DNA of 64,000 nt, taken from positions 64,001 through 128,000 of the forward strand of contig CAVYNH010000006.1 in assembly GCA_963769885.1 (NCBI GenBank), in the 5' to 3' direction. The notes under the pieces were generated by a model. That model had not been told where the DNA came from, did not search any database, and worked only from the letters and a program-made list of their open reading frames with translations. The stretch is from Methanobacteriota archaeon. GTDB lineage: Archaea; Thermoplasmatota; E2; DHVEG-1. This document shows positions 21,722-30,905 of this stretch, piece by piece. Numbering within the stretch: position 1 is the first letter of the stretch; each line of letters opens with the position of its first letter. The translations under genes and the position numbers were made by a program.

Positions 21722-24571
21722 TCAACCGATCGTGAACGACCCCACCGCCGACACGGCCGCGTTCCCAGCCGTGTCCCGCGCCACGACCCAATACGAGACC
21801 ACCGTCCCCGTAGGGAACTGCCCCAGCTCACAGCCGTACACCGGCAGGTTCGACTCATTCCGCAGCGGATCCTCCTCATGACGCGGCTGCACCGGGAAAT
21901 CCCCATATCGATACATCACCGCAGACGAATTCGACTCCCCGACCGAATACCACAAGACTACCGACCCAATCCGATATGGGCCGCCTGCGCTCATGTTCGC
22001 ATACATAACGATGTTGCTCGTATTCACCGGCGACACCGGCCCCTGAACTACACTGAGGATCTCCGGCCCCCACGAATGCCCGCTCTCATTCACCGCAAAC
22101 CAGACCGACCGGACCGTCACCAGCCCCACGATATCGACAACCCGCACCGAAAGCAGATGGTCGCCAAGCGAGAGGTTCCCACAATCCAACGCAACCTCCC
22201 ACAACGCTGCACCCGTCGCCGGGCACCAGGACCCATTATCGACCCGGACATCAACCGCAACCACTCCCCCTGGATCAACACTCATCCCGGAGACATTCAA
22301 GACCCCCCGCACGATCACCGCCCCCGGCAATGGATTTAGAATCCGCAGGTCCGCCGGCGTCCGATCCTGCACCCGCGCAAAGGCCGAATCCTGCGCATCA
22401 CCGCACATCGCGATAATCTCATAGAGCCCTGGACGCACCCCCGACGTGTTCCAGACATAGGACCAAAACCCATCCACGGGCGTCACCTGGTACTCCGCAC
22501 AGCCGACCCGCAGCGTCACCGGCCCGGACGCCATCCCATCAATATTGATCGAGGACCCGACCTCGAAGATAGGGATGTCGTAAAGCATCCCAGCGAGGGG
22601 AAAAATCTGGACATGCGACGTCTCGGACGGCGCCCACGCCTGAAGATCCAGCTCGACATCGAGAGTCGTCAACACCCCCGGGTTGTGCACGACCAGGAAC
22701 CAATCCTGCAGCCGCGCCGAACAGTTCACAGACACCTCGTCACCCGAAACGACACCATAGCCAAGGAACACCTTGCCCGCCTGGTACTTCGCAAGGTTCC
22801 CCGCATCGACCCAGAAACATTCGACAAGTCCAGGGACCTCATACGTGCCACTCCCGCTCGTGAGGAAATTCTGCGGGCGTTGAAACCCTGTGCTGGCGAC
22901 CTGAAGCAGGAACCGGCAGTCCCCCGACGGCATCGTCCGATGACGCATCACCATCGGCGTGTGGGAATAATCGGCGAGGACCACCGTGAACGTTTTATCC
23001 ACAGGGCTTGACAGCGACCGCAGGACGTTATGTCGTGCCAGTTGCCAGGGAGCCCGAACATTCCCTGACTGGACCAGGAACACATACTCCATGTGTTTCC
23101 CCAGCTGGAAACTACAGTGGCCCGAGAGGTCCGTGTAGTTCCATGTGGTGATCGTCACGCCTTTGACTACATCCGGGATCTCATCGAACCGCTCCTGCAA
23201 ATGCGCGAATAAGACGGACAGCAGCTTGCCTTTCAGCAAGTCCGGCAGCCGGTCCCAACCCGCCTGGATCTTCCCCCAGATCAAGTCCTTGTAGTACGTG
23301 ATGTCCTTGGGACCCTTGACCAGGACGATAACCCTGGCCCCGTCCACCGGCTGCAGGAAGCCGTCCTTGACCTCAAAGCTGACCGTGACACGGTCCTCGG
23401 GATGGATGTACCGGGCGGTATCATCCTGGATGGTGTCATCCGGCCGCCAGGTGTAGATCGCGGACATGTTCTTGCCCCAGCCGTAGCCGTAGATGTCCGG
23501 CTCGTCGACGGCGCCGCCGCCGTCGCTCCACCAGTTGTCGTTCTCATGCCAGCCCTGGTGGTAGAACTCGCGCCAGACGTGGTCCTCACCGACATTGCAG
23601 GCAGGAATCGAGGGGATGAGGGCGGCCCGCTGGGCGGCGACCGCGATGCTCTGCAGCTCCCCGCACCAGCCATTGTGCTCGTGGGCGATGATGCTGGGCT
23701 TCCCGGGCCGGTCGCCGACCGCCTGGTTGGGCACGGTCTTGCCGACCCAGTAGCCGACGGCCTCGATCGCGGTCGGGTGCGCCTGGATGCTAGGCGTCCA
23801 GAGCCGCTGCGCCGGCTGGTAGTACGCCGTCGCGTCCCAGAGGTACTGGATGCCGGCGAGCTTCTCCTTGAGGAGGGGGTAGCCGAGGTCGTTGTGGTTC
23901 GTCAAGTAGGTGCGCCAGAGGAAGCCGTAGGTCGCGTCGACCTCGCTTCTGGTGAGCTTGGGGTGGACGATGTACCAGTAGTAGATCTCGGGTGGGAGCA
24001 GGAAGGTCTGGGGGGTGCCGTTGTCGAGGATGGTGTACTGGATGGTGGAGTAGTAGTTCCCGGTGTGGTCGTCGTAGTCTTTGATGTCGGCGTACTGGAT
24101 CCAGCGGTCGTTGTCGTAGAGGGTCTGGGCGTTTTCGAGGAGGAGGGCGGGGCTGGCGATCTTGCCGGAGGGGCTATAGGCGATGGAGAAGGCGATCTCG
24201 TCTGCGTATTGGGTGCTGGCGTTGATGAGCACGTCAGCATACGGCTGGGGGTCGGTGATGGTATGGAATTGGCGGATGAGGGCGGGTTGGATCCAGCGCG
24301 GGGATTTGGCGATGGCGGCGATGGTGGGTTGGGTGAGGTTGTCGTTGGCTAGGGGGAGTGGTTCCGGGGTGAGGGTCTGGTTCGTGGCGTTGAAGGCGAC
24401 GATGTAGTCGGCGCCTGGCGGGAGGGTGATGTGGGTGGAGAGGGCGGAGGTGAGGACAGGGGTGGCTTCGTGTGCCGTGGCGGTGAGTGTCGCGGGTGTG
24501 GTGAGGATGATGGTGATGAGGATGAGCAGGATCTTCGGTGGGCGTGAGCCGGCCCTGTGTCTGTTGAGCAT
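21722..24571 (-). CDS. Large secreted transglutaminase-like (Cys-His-Asp) protein with C-terminal Ig-like domains
   Basis: Signal peptide from MLNRHR; GWCGE, DHVWREFY, WHENDNW; Ig-like repeats such as VDVRVDNGSW. Confidence 0.75.
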   Translation of the reverse strand: MLNRHRAGSRPPKILLILITIILTTPATLTATAHEATPVLTSALSTHITLPPGADYIVAFNATNQTLTPEPLPLANDNLTQPTIAAIAKSPRWIQPALIRQFHTITDPQPYADVLINASTQYADEIAFSIAYSPSGKIASPALLLENAQTLYDNDRWIQYADIKDYDDHTGNYYSTIQYTILDNGTPQTFLLPPEIYYWYIVHPKLTRSEVDATYGFLWRTYLTNHNDLGYPLLKEKLAGIQYLWDATAYYQPAQRLWTPSIQAHPTAIEAVGYWVGKTVPNQAVGDRPGKPSIIAHEHNGWCGELQSIAVAAQRAALIPSIPACNVGEDHVWREFYHQGWHENDNWWSDGGGAVDEPDIYGYGWGKNMSAIYTWRPDDTIQDDTARYIHPEDRVTVSFEVKDGFLQPVDGARVIVLVKGPKDITYYKDLIWGKIQAGWDRLPDLLKGKLLSVLFAHLQERFDEIPDVVKGVTITTWNYTDLSGHCSFQLGKHMEYVFLVQSGNVRAPWQLARHNVLRSLSSPVDKTFTVVLADYSHTPMVMRHRTMPSGDCRFLLQVASTGFQRPQNFLTSGSGTYEVPGLVECFWVDAGNLAKYQAGKVFLGYGVVSGDEVSVNCSARLQDWFLVVHNPGVLTTLDVELDLQAWAPSETSHVQIFPLAGMLYDIPIFEVGSSINIDGMASGPVTLRVGCAEYQVTPVDGFWSYVWNTSGVRPGLYEIIAMCGDAQDSAFARVQDRTPADLRILNPLPGAVIVRGVLNVSGMSVDPGGVVAVDVRVDNGSWCPATGAALWEVALDCGNLSLGDHLLSVRVVDIVGLVTVRSVWFAVNESGHSWGPEILSVVQGPVSPVNTSNIVMYANMSAGGPYRIGSVVLWYSVGESNSSAVMYRYGDFPVQPRHEEDPLRNESNLPVYGCELGQFPTGTVVSYWVVARDTAGNAAVSAVGSFTIG

Positions 24572-24849
24572 GAAGTGTTCCCCCATGGGAATAATTCGTC
24601 TAGGGCTATATAAATAGACTCGTTTCCTTATCGTTGAGGGGAGGACGAAACGGGGGTTCTCTCCCAATCTGCATCGTCGCTTTTCGCACGAACCCGCCCC
24701 TCGGCGAGGCGACGGTCCTGTTCTCAGGACTCAGGAGAAAAAAGGGCAAACCATTAATAGGAGAATGCCATCTTGTCCCCTAGAATAGTCTAATATATAT
24801 AAGGGATAAACGGACCCTTGACAGGGACTCCGGTAATAGGGGTAGCCGC

Positions 24850-26229
24850 ATGGAACAACCGACCTTTGAAGCGTACATCAAGAAGTTTGACGGATACCTG
24901 CAGAACTACTTCCCGCCGAAGGACGCCTGGACGCCGGCCGACGAGGCCGTCTACAAGCCACTCGATTTGTACCGCATCCCGCTCAAAGAAGCGCAGGACA
25001 TGCAGCTACGATCATTGAAATGGACATTCAATTATCAGTATACCAACAACCCGATGTACCAGAACTTCTGCAAAGAACGCACCATCAGCCCCTCGGACAT
25101 CAAGACCTCCGATGACCTGGTGAAGATCCCGCTCATCCCCGACACCTTCTTCAAAGACTATCCCACCGGCCGGGACTTCGCACTCTGGCTGGGTAACATC
25201 TTCACCGGCACCTTGCCCAAGATCGTCATCAAGCAAAAAAACCCGACCTACGACGAGGTCATCGACGCCTTCAACGAGACGGGCATGGTCGTCTCCTACA
25301 GCAGCGGCACCAGCGGGCGACACACCTTCATCCCCCGGGACCGCCGGACCTTCGAAATCTCCGAGTACACCGTCGCGAAAGGCGGCATCGCCATGATGTA
25401 CCCCCTCTGGGACCACAGCATGGACGGCATGCTCCTCATGCCCAACCCGAAACGGACGAACGTGTACGCCGGGAAGGTCTGCACCATCTACTTCGACCTC
25501 ATTCATGACGTCCAGGTCGCCATCGACCGGGACATCTCCACCGAGCTGATCCGCATGACCATGTCCGGGGAGAAAGGCCTGAAGGCCTCGGTGGTGAACT
25601 ACTTCGCGAAACGGGAGTCGGCGAAAATGGTCGACCTCATCATCCGCTGGCTAGAAGACAAAGAGAAAACCGGGGAGAAGATAGCGCTGGTCGGCGCCCC
25701 ATTCATCCTCTCAGTCGTCATGGACAAGCTGCAGCGGGAAGGCAAAAGCTTCGACTTCAACGAGCGCGGCGGCGTCGCCACGGGCGGCGGCTGGAAGGCC
25801 TTCGAAGGCCAACGCGTCCCCGTCGTCGAATTCCGCCGCCAGGTCGAAAAGGTCCTGGGAATCCCCGAGAAATACTGCCTCGACCTCTACGGGATGGTCG
25901 AAGGCAACGGCTGGATGACGCACTGCCCCGAAGGCCACTACCTCCACATGCCCTACTCCTACTACAAGGGACTCGTCCTTGACACCGAATACAAGCCGGT
26001 CGGCTATGGGGAATGGGGTCGGTTCGCCTTCCTCGACGCCGCCTCTTACAGCTACCCCGGGTTCGTCATCTCCGGCGACAAGGTCCGCATGCTGGAACAC
26101 TGCCCGGTCTGCGACCGGCCCGGGCCCGTCCTCGAGCCCGAGATTAAGCGCGCCGCCGGCGAGGACATCCGCGGTTGCGCCGAGGAAGTCCGCCGGATGC
26201 TCTCCACTGATCTTGGCAAAGAAGGCTGA
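24850..26229 (+). CDS. LuxE/PaaK-family acyl-protein synthetase (ANL adenylating fold)
   Basis: IPLIP..FFK, P-loop SYSSGTSG, TGGGWK, DLYGMVE, YPGFVISGD, CPVC, C-terminal RGC acylation motif. Confidence 0.85.
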   Translation: MEQPTFEAYIKKFDGYLQNYFPPKDAWTPADEAVYKPLDLYRIPLKEAQDMQLRSLKWTFNYQYTNNPMYQNFCKERTISPSDIKTSDDLVKIPLIPDTFFKDYPTGRDFALWLGNIFTGTLPKIVIKQKNPTYDEVIDAFNETGMVVSYSSGTSGRHTFIPRDRRTFEISEYTVAKGGIAMMYPLWDHSMDGMLLMPNPKRTNVYAGKVCTIYFDLIHDVQVAIDRDISTELIRMTMSGEKGLKASVVNYFAKRESAKMVDLIIRWLEDKEKTGEKIALVGAPFILSVVMDKLQREGKSFDFNERGGVATGGGWKAFEGQRVPVVEFRRQVEKVLGIPEKYCLDLYGMVEGNGWMTHCPEGHYLHMPYSYYKGLVLDTEYKPVGYGEWGRFAFLDAASYSYPGFVISGDKVRMLEHCPVCDRPGPVLEPEIKRAAGEDIRGCAEEVRRMLSTDLGKEG

Positions 26230-26361
26230 CGGTCGTGCTGACCCCCGGGGAAATCAAAAGGAGCAGCGGTTTTCCCGGGTCTGGGTTGGGTTCCTGCTGC
26301 TCAGTAACATCGCGGTGACGGTGTTCGTGCTCGCCATCTTCGTGATCCGATAGACCGTCCG

Positions 26362-27348
26362 CTACGTGGCTTTCTGGTGGTGGGTGGTGTACCAGGTGAC
26401 GGTGTCGTCGACGGTGTGGGTGAGGCCGTAGTGGGGCCGGTAGCCGAGGTCCTGTTCTGCCTTATGGGTATCCAGGATGCGGGTATGACCGAGGACTCTG
26501 ACCTTGTGACGAGTCAGGGGCGGCTCTTTGCGAGTCGGTAGAGAGAGGAGTTCGGCGAGGCAGGCGAGGGCGTAGGCCGCGGGGTAGGAGTGGTGTCTGG
26601 TGGAGTGGGGGATGTGGAGGGCGTCGGTGGCGGCGTCCATGAGCTGGCGGACGGTACAGTCGAAGCTTTTGACGTTGTAGGCGTGGCCGTTGGCGTGGCG
26701 GGTCTCGCCGGCGAGGAAGAGGCAGGCGGCGACGTCGCGGCCGTCGGAGATGCTGAGGGTCTGCTGGCCGTCGTCGATGGTGAAGAGCTGGTTGTGTTGG
26801 AGGGCGGTGATGAGGAAGGGGGCAGCGAGGCGGTCGCGGGGGCCGGTGACGAGCGCGGAGCGGACGGCGCTGACGCGCAGGTCGTGTTCCTTGCCGTATT
26901 TCCAGAGGAGTTGTTCGGCCTGGTATTTGCTCTCGCCGTACTTCGGGACGGGATGCGGAGGGGTGCTTTCGGTGATGGGGGCGGTGGTTCGTGGGAAGCC
27001 GTAGACGGCGGCGCTGCTCATGAAGACGAGTGTGGGGACTTTTTTGAGGACGGCGGCGTCGAGGAGGTTGCGGGTGCCGTCGCGGTTGGTGGTGAGGAAC
27101 CGGCGTCGTGGGCCCCAGTCGTGGGGGTCGGCGGCGAGGTGGAAGACGACGTCGATGTCCTGGCAGGCGGCTCTGAGGCTGTGGCGGTCGAGGAGGTCGC
27201 CGTCGGTGGTCTGGAGGTGCTTGCCGGCGAGGTGGGTGGTGCTGCTGGTGGGTCGTTTGAGGACGCGGACGTCGTAGCCTTCGGTGAGGAGGTGGTCGAC
27301 GAGGTGGCTGCCGATGAAGCCGGTGCCGCCGGTGACGAGGGCTTTCAT
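26362..27348 (-). CDS. Extended SDR, NAD-dependent epimerase/dehydratase (3-beta-HSD-like)
   Basis: MKALVTGGTGFIG, VFHLAA, SSAAVYG, YGESK; the upstream part of the tracked ORF is antisense to 27448-28425. Confidence 0.9.
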   Translation of the reverse strand: MKALVTGGTGFIGSHLVDHLLTEGYDVRVLKRPTSSTTHLAGKHLQTTDGDLLDRHSLRAACQDIDVVFHLAADPHDWGPRRRFLTTNRDGTRNLLDAAVLKKVPTLVFMSSAAVYGFPRTTAPITESTPPHPVPKYGESKYQAEQLLWKYGKEHDLRVSAVRSALVTGPRDRLAAPFLITALQHNQLFTIDDGQQTLSISDGRDVAACLFLAGETRHANGHAYNVKSFDCTVRQLMDAATDALHIPHSTRHHSYPAAYALACLAELLSLPTRKEPPLTRHKVRVLGHTRILDTHKAEQDLGYRPHYGLTHTVDDTVTWYTTHHQKAT

Positions 27349-27447
27349 GGGGTGGTGGTATGCGGCTGTGGGGGTAAAAATGGTTTGGTTTTCGAGGTGT
27401 TGTTGTGGAAAGGCTAATATGGGAGAAGTGTCTCTTATGGGGGTTGT

Positions 27448-28425
27448 ATGGTTTCGTTTCATGAGATGAAGGACCGGGGGTATATCCCGCAGAAGACGTA
27501 TGCGAAGTTGATGATCGGCGGGGGGGTGACGTTGGCGAAGACGTTGTTGTTGAACCCGCGTGATCTGAAGAAGCTGCGGGTGATTCATCCTGGTGAGGAG
27601 CGGTTTGTGCGGCCGCCCCGGCTGTACGAGATCCCGCCGTACCGCGAGGGGATGCGGTGCGGGGTGACCGAGGAGAAGTATCTGCGGCCGACGCTGTTTT
27701 GCGACCCGTGCGCGCCTGATATCGTCGCGATGGCGCACACGCTGGGCGCGTTTCAGAAGTCTGAGTACGAGTATACGAAGGCGGCGTTTGAGTTCGTGAA
27801 GGAGAAGCTGGCGTTGGAGATCGGGCCGATGAACCCGGTGGACGAGACGCTGCGGCGGGGCTCCGGGACGTGTTTCCATTTGATTACCGTTTTTATCGCG
27901 TTGTGTCGCGCCGCGGGGATCAAGGCGCGGTACAAGATGTTCGCGATGACGATGATCAAGAGCTGGTACGACGCGCTGGTGGGCGCGGACCCCCTAGTGA
28001 AGAAGTGGTACAACTCCATGGGGTATTTCATGATCGAGGGGGAGGGCGAGGCGTTCGTGGATGGGAAGTGGACCGTTGCGCACGTCGGCCCGACCGCGGA
28101 GCGGCAGGCGTCCGCCGGGATCCCGATCACGACGTTCGGCGAGGACTCGATCGGCGTGTGGTTCTTCCCTATCCCGGGGACGATCATGACGATGGAGTCG
28201 ATCCCCTATGGCCTGGGCGGGTCGACGAAGCTGCTGCAGCGGATCGCGCCCGCGTCCATGGAGCGGGTGAACATCAGCATCCAGCGCCAGGAGGCGATGG
28301 GCCGCCGCGTCATCGAAGAGGCGGGGGGCGTCGCGGCCTATGATGCCATGGCGCGCAAGAAGCTTGGACCCAAGGGTCCGAGCATAGGCTTAACTAAGCC
28401 TCAGGCGATTTCCTTCGAAGGGTGA
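27448..28425 (+). CDS. Cytoplasmic transglutaminase-like protein with atypical triad
   Basis: YLRPT..CD, AFEFVKE, TLRRGSGTCFH...ALCRAAGIKARY, EAFVDGKW. Confidence 0.85.
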   Translation: MVSFHEMKDRGYIPQKTYAKLMIGGGVTLAKTLLLNPRDLKKLRVIHPGEERFVRPPRLYEIPPYREGMRCGVTEEKYLRPTLFCDPCAPDIVAMAHTLGAFQKSEYEYTKAAFEFVKEKLALEIGPMNPVDETLRRGSGTCFHLITVFIALCRAAGIKARYKMFAMTMIKSWYDALVGADPLVKKWYNSMGYFMIEGEGEAFVDGKWTVAHVGPTAERQASAGIPITTFGEDSIGVWFFPIPGTIMTMESIPYGLGGSTKLLQRIAPASMERVNISIQRQEAMGRRVIEEAGGVAAYDAMARKKLGPKGPSIGLTKPQAISFEG

Positions 28426-28432
28426 AGCATCG

Positions 28433-29695
28433 GTGACACCGGGAAGACCTTCGAGTTTTTATGGAGTCGAACGCAGCCGCCGGTACCTCTGGTACGTCAT
28501 CGCGCTGATGGCGATGATCGCCCTGATGGACCAATACCTCTCCTTCATCGAGACCGTCGCGCTCCCTTCGTTTCTCAAGGACTTCCAGATCTCGGCTGAG
28601 ACGTTCTCCTGGTGGGAGGCCGTCTACTACATCCCGACGTTCTTCATCTTCCTGCTCAACGGCCTGACCGACATCATCGGCCGGAAATGGTCGATCATGA
28701 TCCTGTTCACCATGATGGGGTTCGCCTCCCTCGGCATGCTCATGGCCACGCCCTCGTTCCACTTCTTCATGCTCTTCCTCTCCATCATCACGTTCACCAC
28801 CGTCTCCAATATGTGGACCATCCCGGTCAGCGAGGAGTCGCCGGCAGACCAACGAGCCAAAATCATGGGCATCGTGTATGGAATCAGCCTCATCCCCCTG
28901 CCCGCGGTCCTCCCGCTCCTCATCAACCGGCTGGGCCTGGGCTGGCGCTGGTACTACGGCGCGATGTTCCTGTTCATGATCCCGGTCTTCCTCATGTGGA
29001 TCTTCATGCAGGAGCCGAAACGCTACCAGGTCATCAAAGAAGAACGACGGCTCGGGAAACGGAAGAAACACCTCTACGGGATCGGCGTCATTAACCGGGC
29101 AGACCTCAAATACCTGTTCTTCTCCGCGGCCGTCTGGATGTGCTGGCTCATCGTCTCCCTCATCGGCGGCAAATACATCAGCTACTACTTCGTCACGATC
29201 CATGGATACCCCCAGAACACCTTCCTCCTCATCTTCCTCGGCATCCTTCTCATGATGATGGTCGGCTCCTTCATCGGCGGCTGGACCATGGACAAAATCG
29301 GCAGAAAACGAGGCTTCCTCATCGGATGCCTCGGCCTCGCCGTCTTCATGGCCCTCATCGGACTCGTCAGCGTCGGAGTCGCCCAATACCTCGCCCTCCT
29401 CACGGGCTTCTTCCTCGGCTTCTCCTACACCTGGATCATCGTCTACATCCCCGAAATCTTCCCCACCGACCGCAGAGGCGCCCTCATGGGCTGGACCACC
29501 ACAGCCGCCCGCGGCTCCTACATCATCGGCCCCGTCGTCGCCGCCATCCTCCTCCGCCTCTTCCCCACCATGCAATGGTTCTGGGTCATCTCCGGCCTCA
29601 TCATGGTCATCCCCATCCTCCTGGTCCTGCTCTTCCACCCCTACGAGACGACCCACAAGGAACTGGAGATCATCGAACAACAGCGAGAAACCTAA
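28433..29695 (+). CDS. MFS transporter
   Basis: About 12 TMs; motif A twice (DIIGRK, DKIGRK); ESPADQRA and EIFPTDRRG. Confidence 0.92.
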   Translation: MTPGRPSSFYGVERSRRYLWYVIALMAMIALMDQYLSFIETVALPSFLKDFQISAETFSWWEAVYYIPTFFIFLLNGLTDIIGRKWSIMILFTMMGFASLGMLMATPSFHFFMLFLSIITFTTVSNMWTIPVSEESPADQRAKIMGIVYGISLIPLPAVLPLLINRLGLGWRWYYGAMFLFMIPVFLMWIFMQEPKRYQVIKEERRLGKRKKHLYGIGVINRADLKYLFFSAAVWMCWLIVSLIGGKYISYYFVTIHGYPQNTFLLIFLGILLMMMVGSFIGGWTMDKIGRKRGFLIGCLGLAVFMALIGLVSVGVAQYLALLTGFFLGFSYTWIIVYIPEIFPTDRRGALMGWTTTAARGSYIIGPVVAAILLRLFPTMQWFWVISGLIMVIPILLVLLFHPYETTHKELEIIEQQRET

Positions 29696-29777
29696 CCCGG
29701 TCTTTTATCTTGACTCCCGGATATCGGTAGGACCTGTACGACAACCCTTTTATACCCTGGGTGCCACAGGCCAAATC

Positions 29778-29927
29778 ATGGTCTTCGTCATCGAACGCAA
29801 AGACGGCACCCACATCCTCTGCGCCCCGCGCACCAAACGCCGCCCCAGCCGCCGCAGACTCATGGCCTTCCAACTCGTCATCGCCGTTACCTGCCTCTCC
29901 CTCGGCATCTGGCTCCTCTTGACATGA
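29778..29927 (+). CDS. Small tail-anchored membrane protein (49 aa, not in ORF track)
   Basis: MVFVIERKDGTHILCAPRTKRRPSRRRLMAFQLVIAVTCLSLGIWLLLT; TTTTATA upstream; C-ending codons. Confidence 0.6.
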   Translation: MVFVIERKDGTHILCAPRTKRRPSRRRLMAFQLVIAVTCLSLGIWLLLT

Positions 29928-30059
29928 CGCCCTGCCACAAGGAGACACGCTTTTAAATAACCGCCCCCATATTTTATTCACCACCGCCTCGAAAAAATTA
30001 TAAAACAGTACGCCCTAATAGACTACACAAGAAAAGAATCCACCAGGACGCACAGGCCC

Positions 30060-30356
30060 ATGATAAGCCTCAAAATCTACCACCACGGCGACAACCTCAT
30101 GATCGGCGCCTGCGACGAGCAACTCATCGGCAAGACATTCAAAGAAGGCAAATTCCGCCTCTGCGTCGACAAGAAATTCTACGACGGCGAACGCGTGGAC
30201 GCCACGACCCTACGACGCTTCCTGCAGGATGCGACCATCGCCAACCTGGTCGGCGCCGAAACCATCAAGATCGCGATTGAACTCGGACTCGTAGACCCCG
30301 AGTGCATCCTGAAGATCAAAGGCATCCCCCACGCCCAGGTCGTCTGCATGCTCTAA
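30060..30356 (+). CDS. DUF424 family archaeal protein
   Basis: ACDEQLIGK, FYDGE, ATIANLVG, IPHAQ. Confidence 0.88.
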   Translation: MISLKIYHHGDNLMIGACDEQLIGKTFKEGKFRLCVDKKFYDGERVDATTLRRFLQDATIANLVGAETIKIAIELGLVDPECILKIKGIPHAQVVCML

Positions 30357-30369
30357 ACCGACAACCCAT

Positions 30370-30828
30370 TCATTTTTCCAGGGTCTTCAGCCTCTTTTCC
30401 ATCGCCTCGTAGTGCGTCCCCTTCCAGTAGTACTTCCGGCATGACGGGCAGAACCAGAATTCCTTCTGCCGTTCGAAGACCCGAGGAGGAACATGCTCGT
30501 GAGCATCCTCTGGAGCCGCGGAAACAAGAGGCGAATTGCACAGGGTGCAACGGGTCAACACCCGACTCAAATCAAGTGAAAATGCGTCGATAACCTGGCG
30601 TAGGTGAGTCTCGAGGTCCGTACCATCGATCAGAAACGCGGAGACCCTGGTCTTTTTTGCCCTTGCCGCCAAAACCTTGTCCCGGGTAAGGAGGACGCGG
30701 CCCTCGGTCTCGGCCTGATGAAGAATCTCCTCATCGCTGGTTGTATTCGACGGGTACGACGTATCAACGCCGAGGATCCGCAGCCACGTCGCGAGGGTCC
30801 CCAGCATATGGTCGCAGAGCGCTTTCAT
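30370..30828 (-). CDS. Mut7-C RNase (PIN-like) domain protein with Zn ribbon
   Basis: DHMLG.LA.WLRILGVD, LLTRD, RCTLCN, CPSCRKYYWKGTH. Confidence 0.9.
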   Translation of the reverse strand: MKALCDHMLGTLATWLRILGVDTSYPSNTTSDEEILHQAETEGRVLLTRDKVLAARAKKTRVSAFLIDGTDLETHLRQVIDAFSLDLSRVLTRCTLCNSPLVSAAPEDAHEHVPPRVFERQKEFWFCPSCRKYYWKGTHYEAMEKRLKTLEK

Positions 30829-30905
30829 CAATTAAAAAGGAAGAGAATCAATACTATTTCAGTCTACTGATGAAATCAAGAAAAAAGGCGGAGAAAAAAA
30901 GAATT

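Noticed and set aside
24693-24720. Near-palindrome CCTCGGCGAGG upstream of the LuxE-like gene
   Set aside because: Single short GC-rich instance, expected by chance.
24850-26229. Bioluminescence (lux) operon
   Set aside because: No luxA/B, luxC or luxD in the window; the LuxE fold has wider roles.
27349-27879. 177-aa N-terminal extension on the SDR, suggesting a fusion or overlapping gene
   Set aside because: It is the antisense of the transglutaminase-like gene; the SDR begins at the canonical MKALVTGG.
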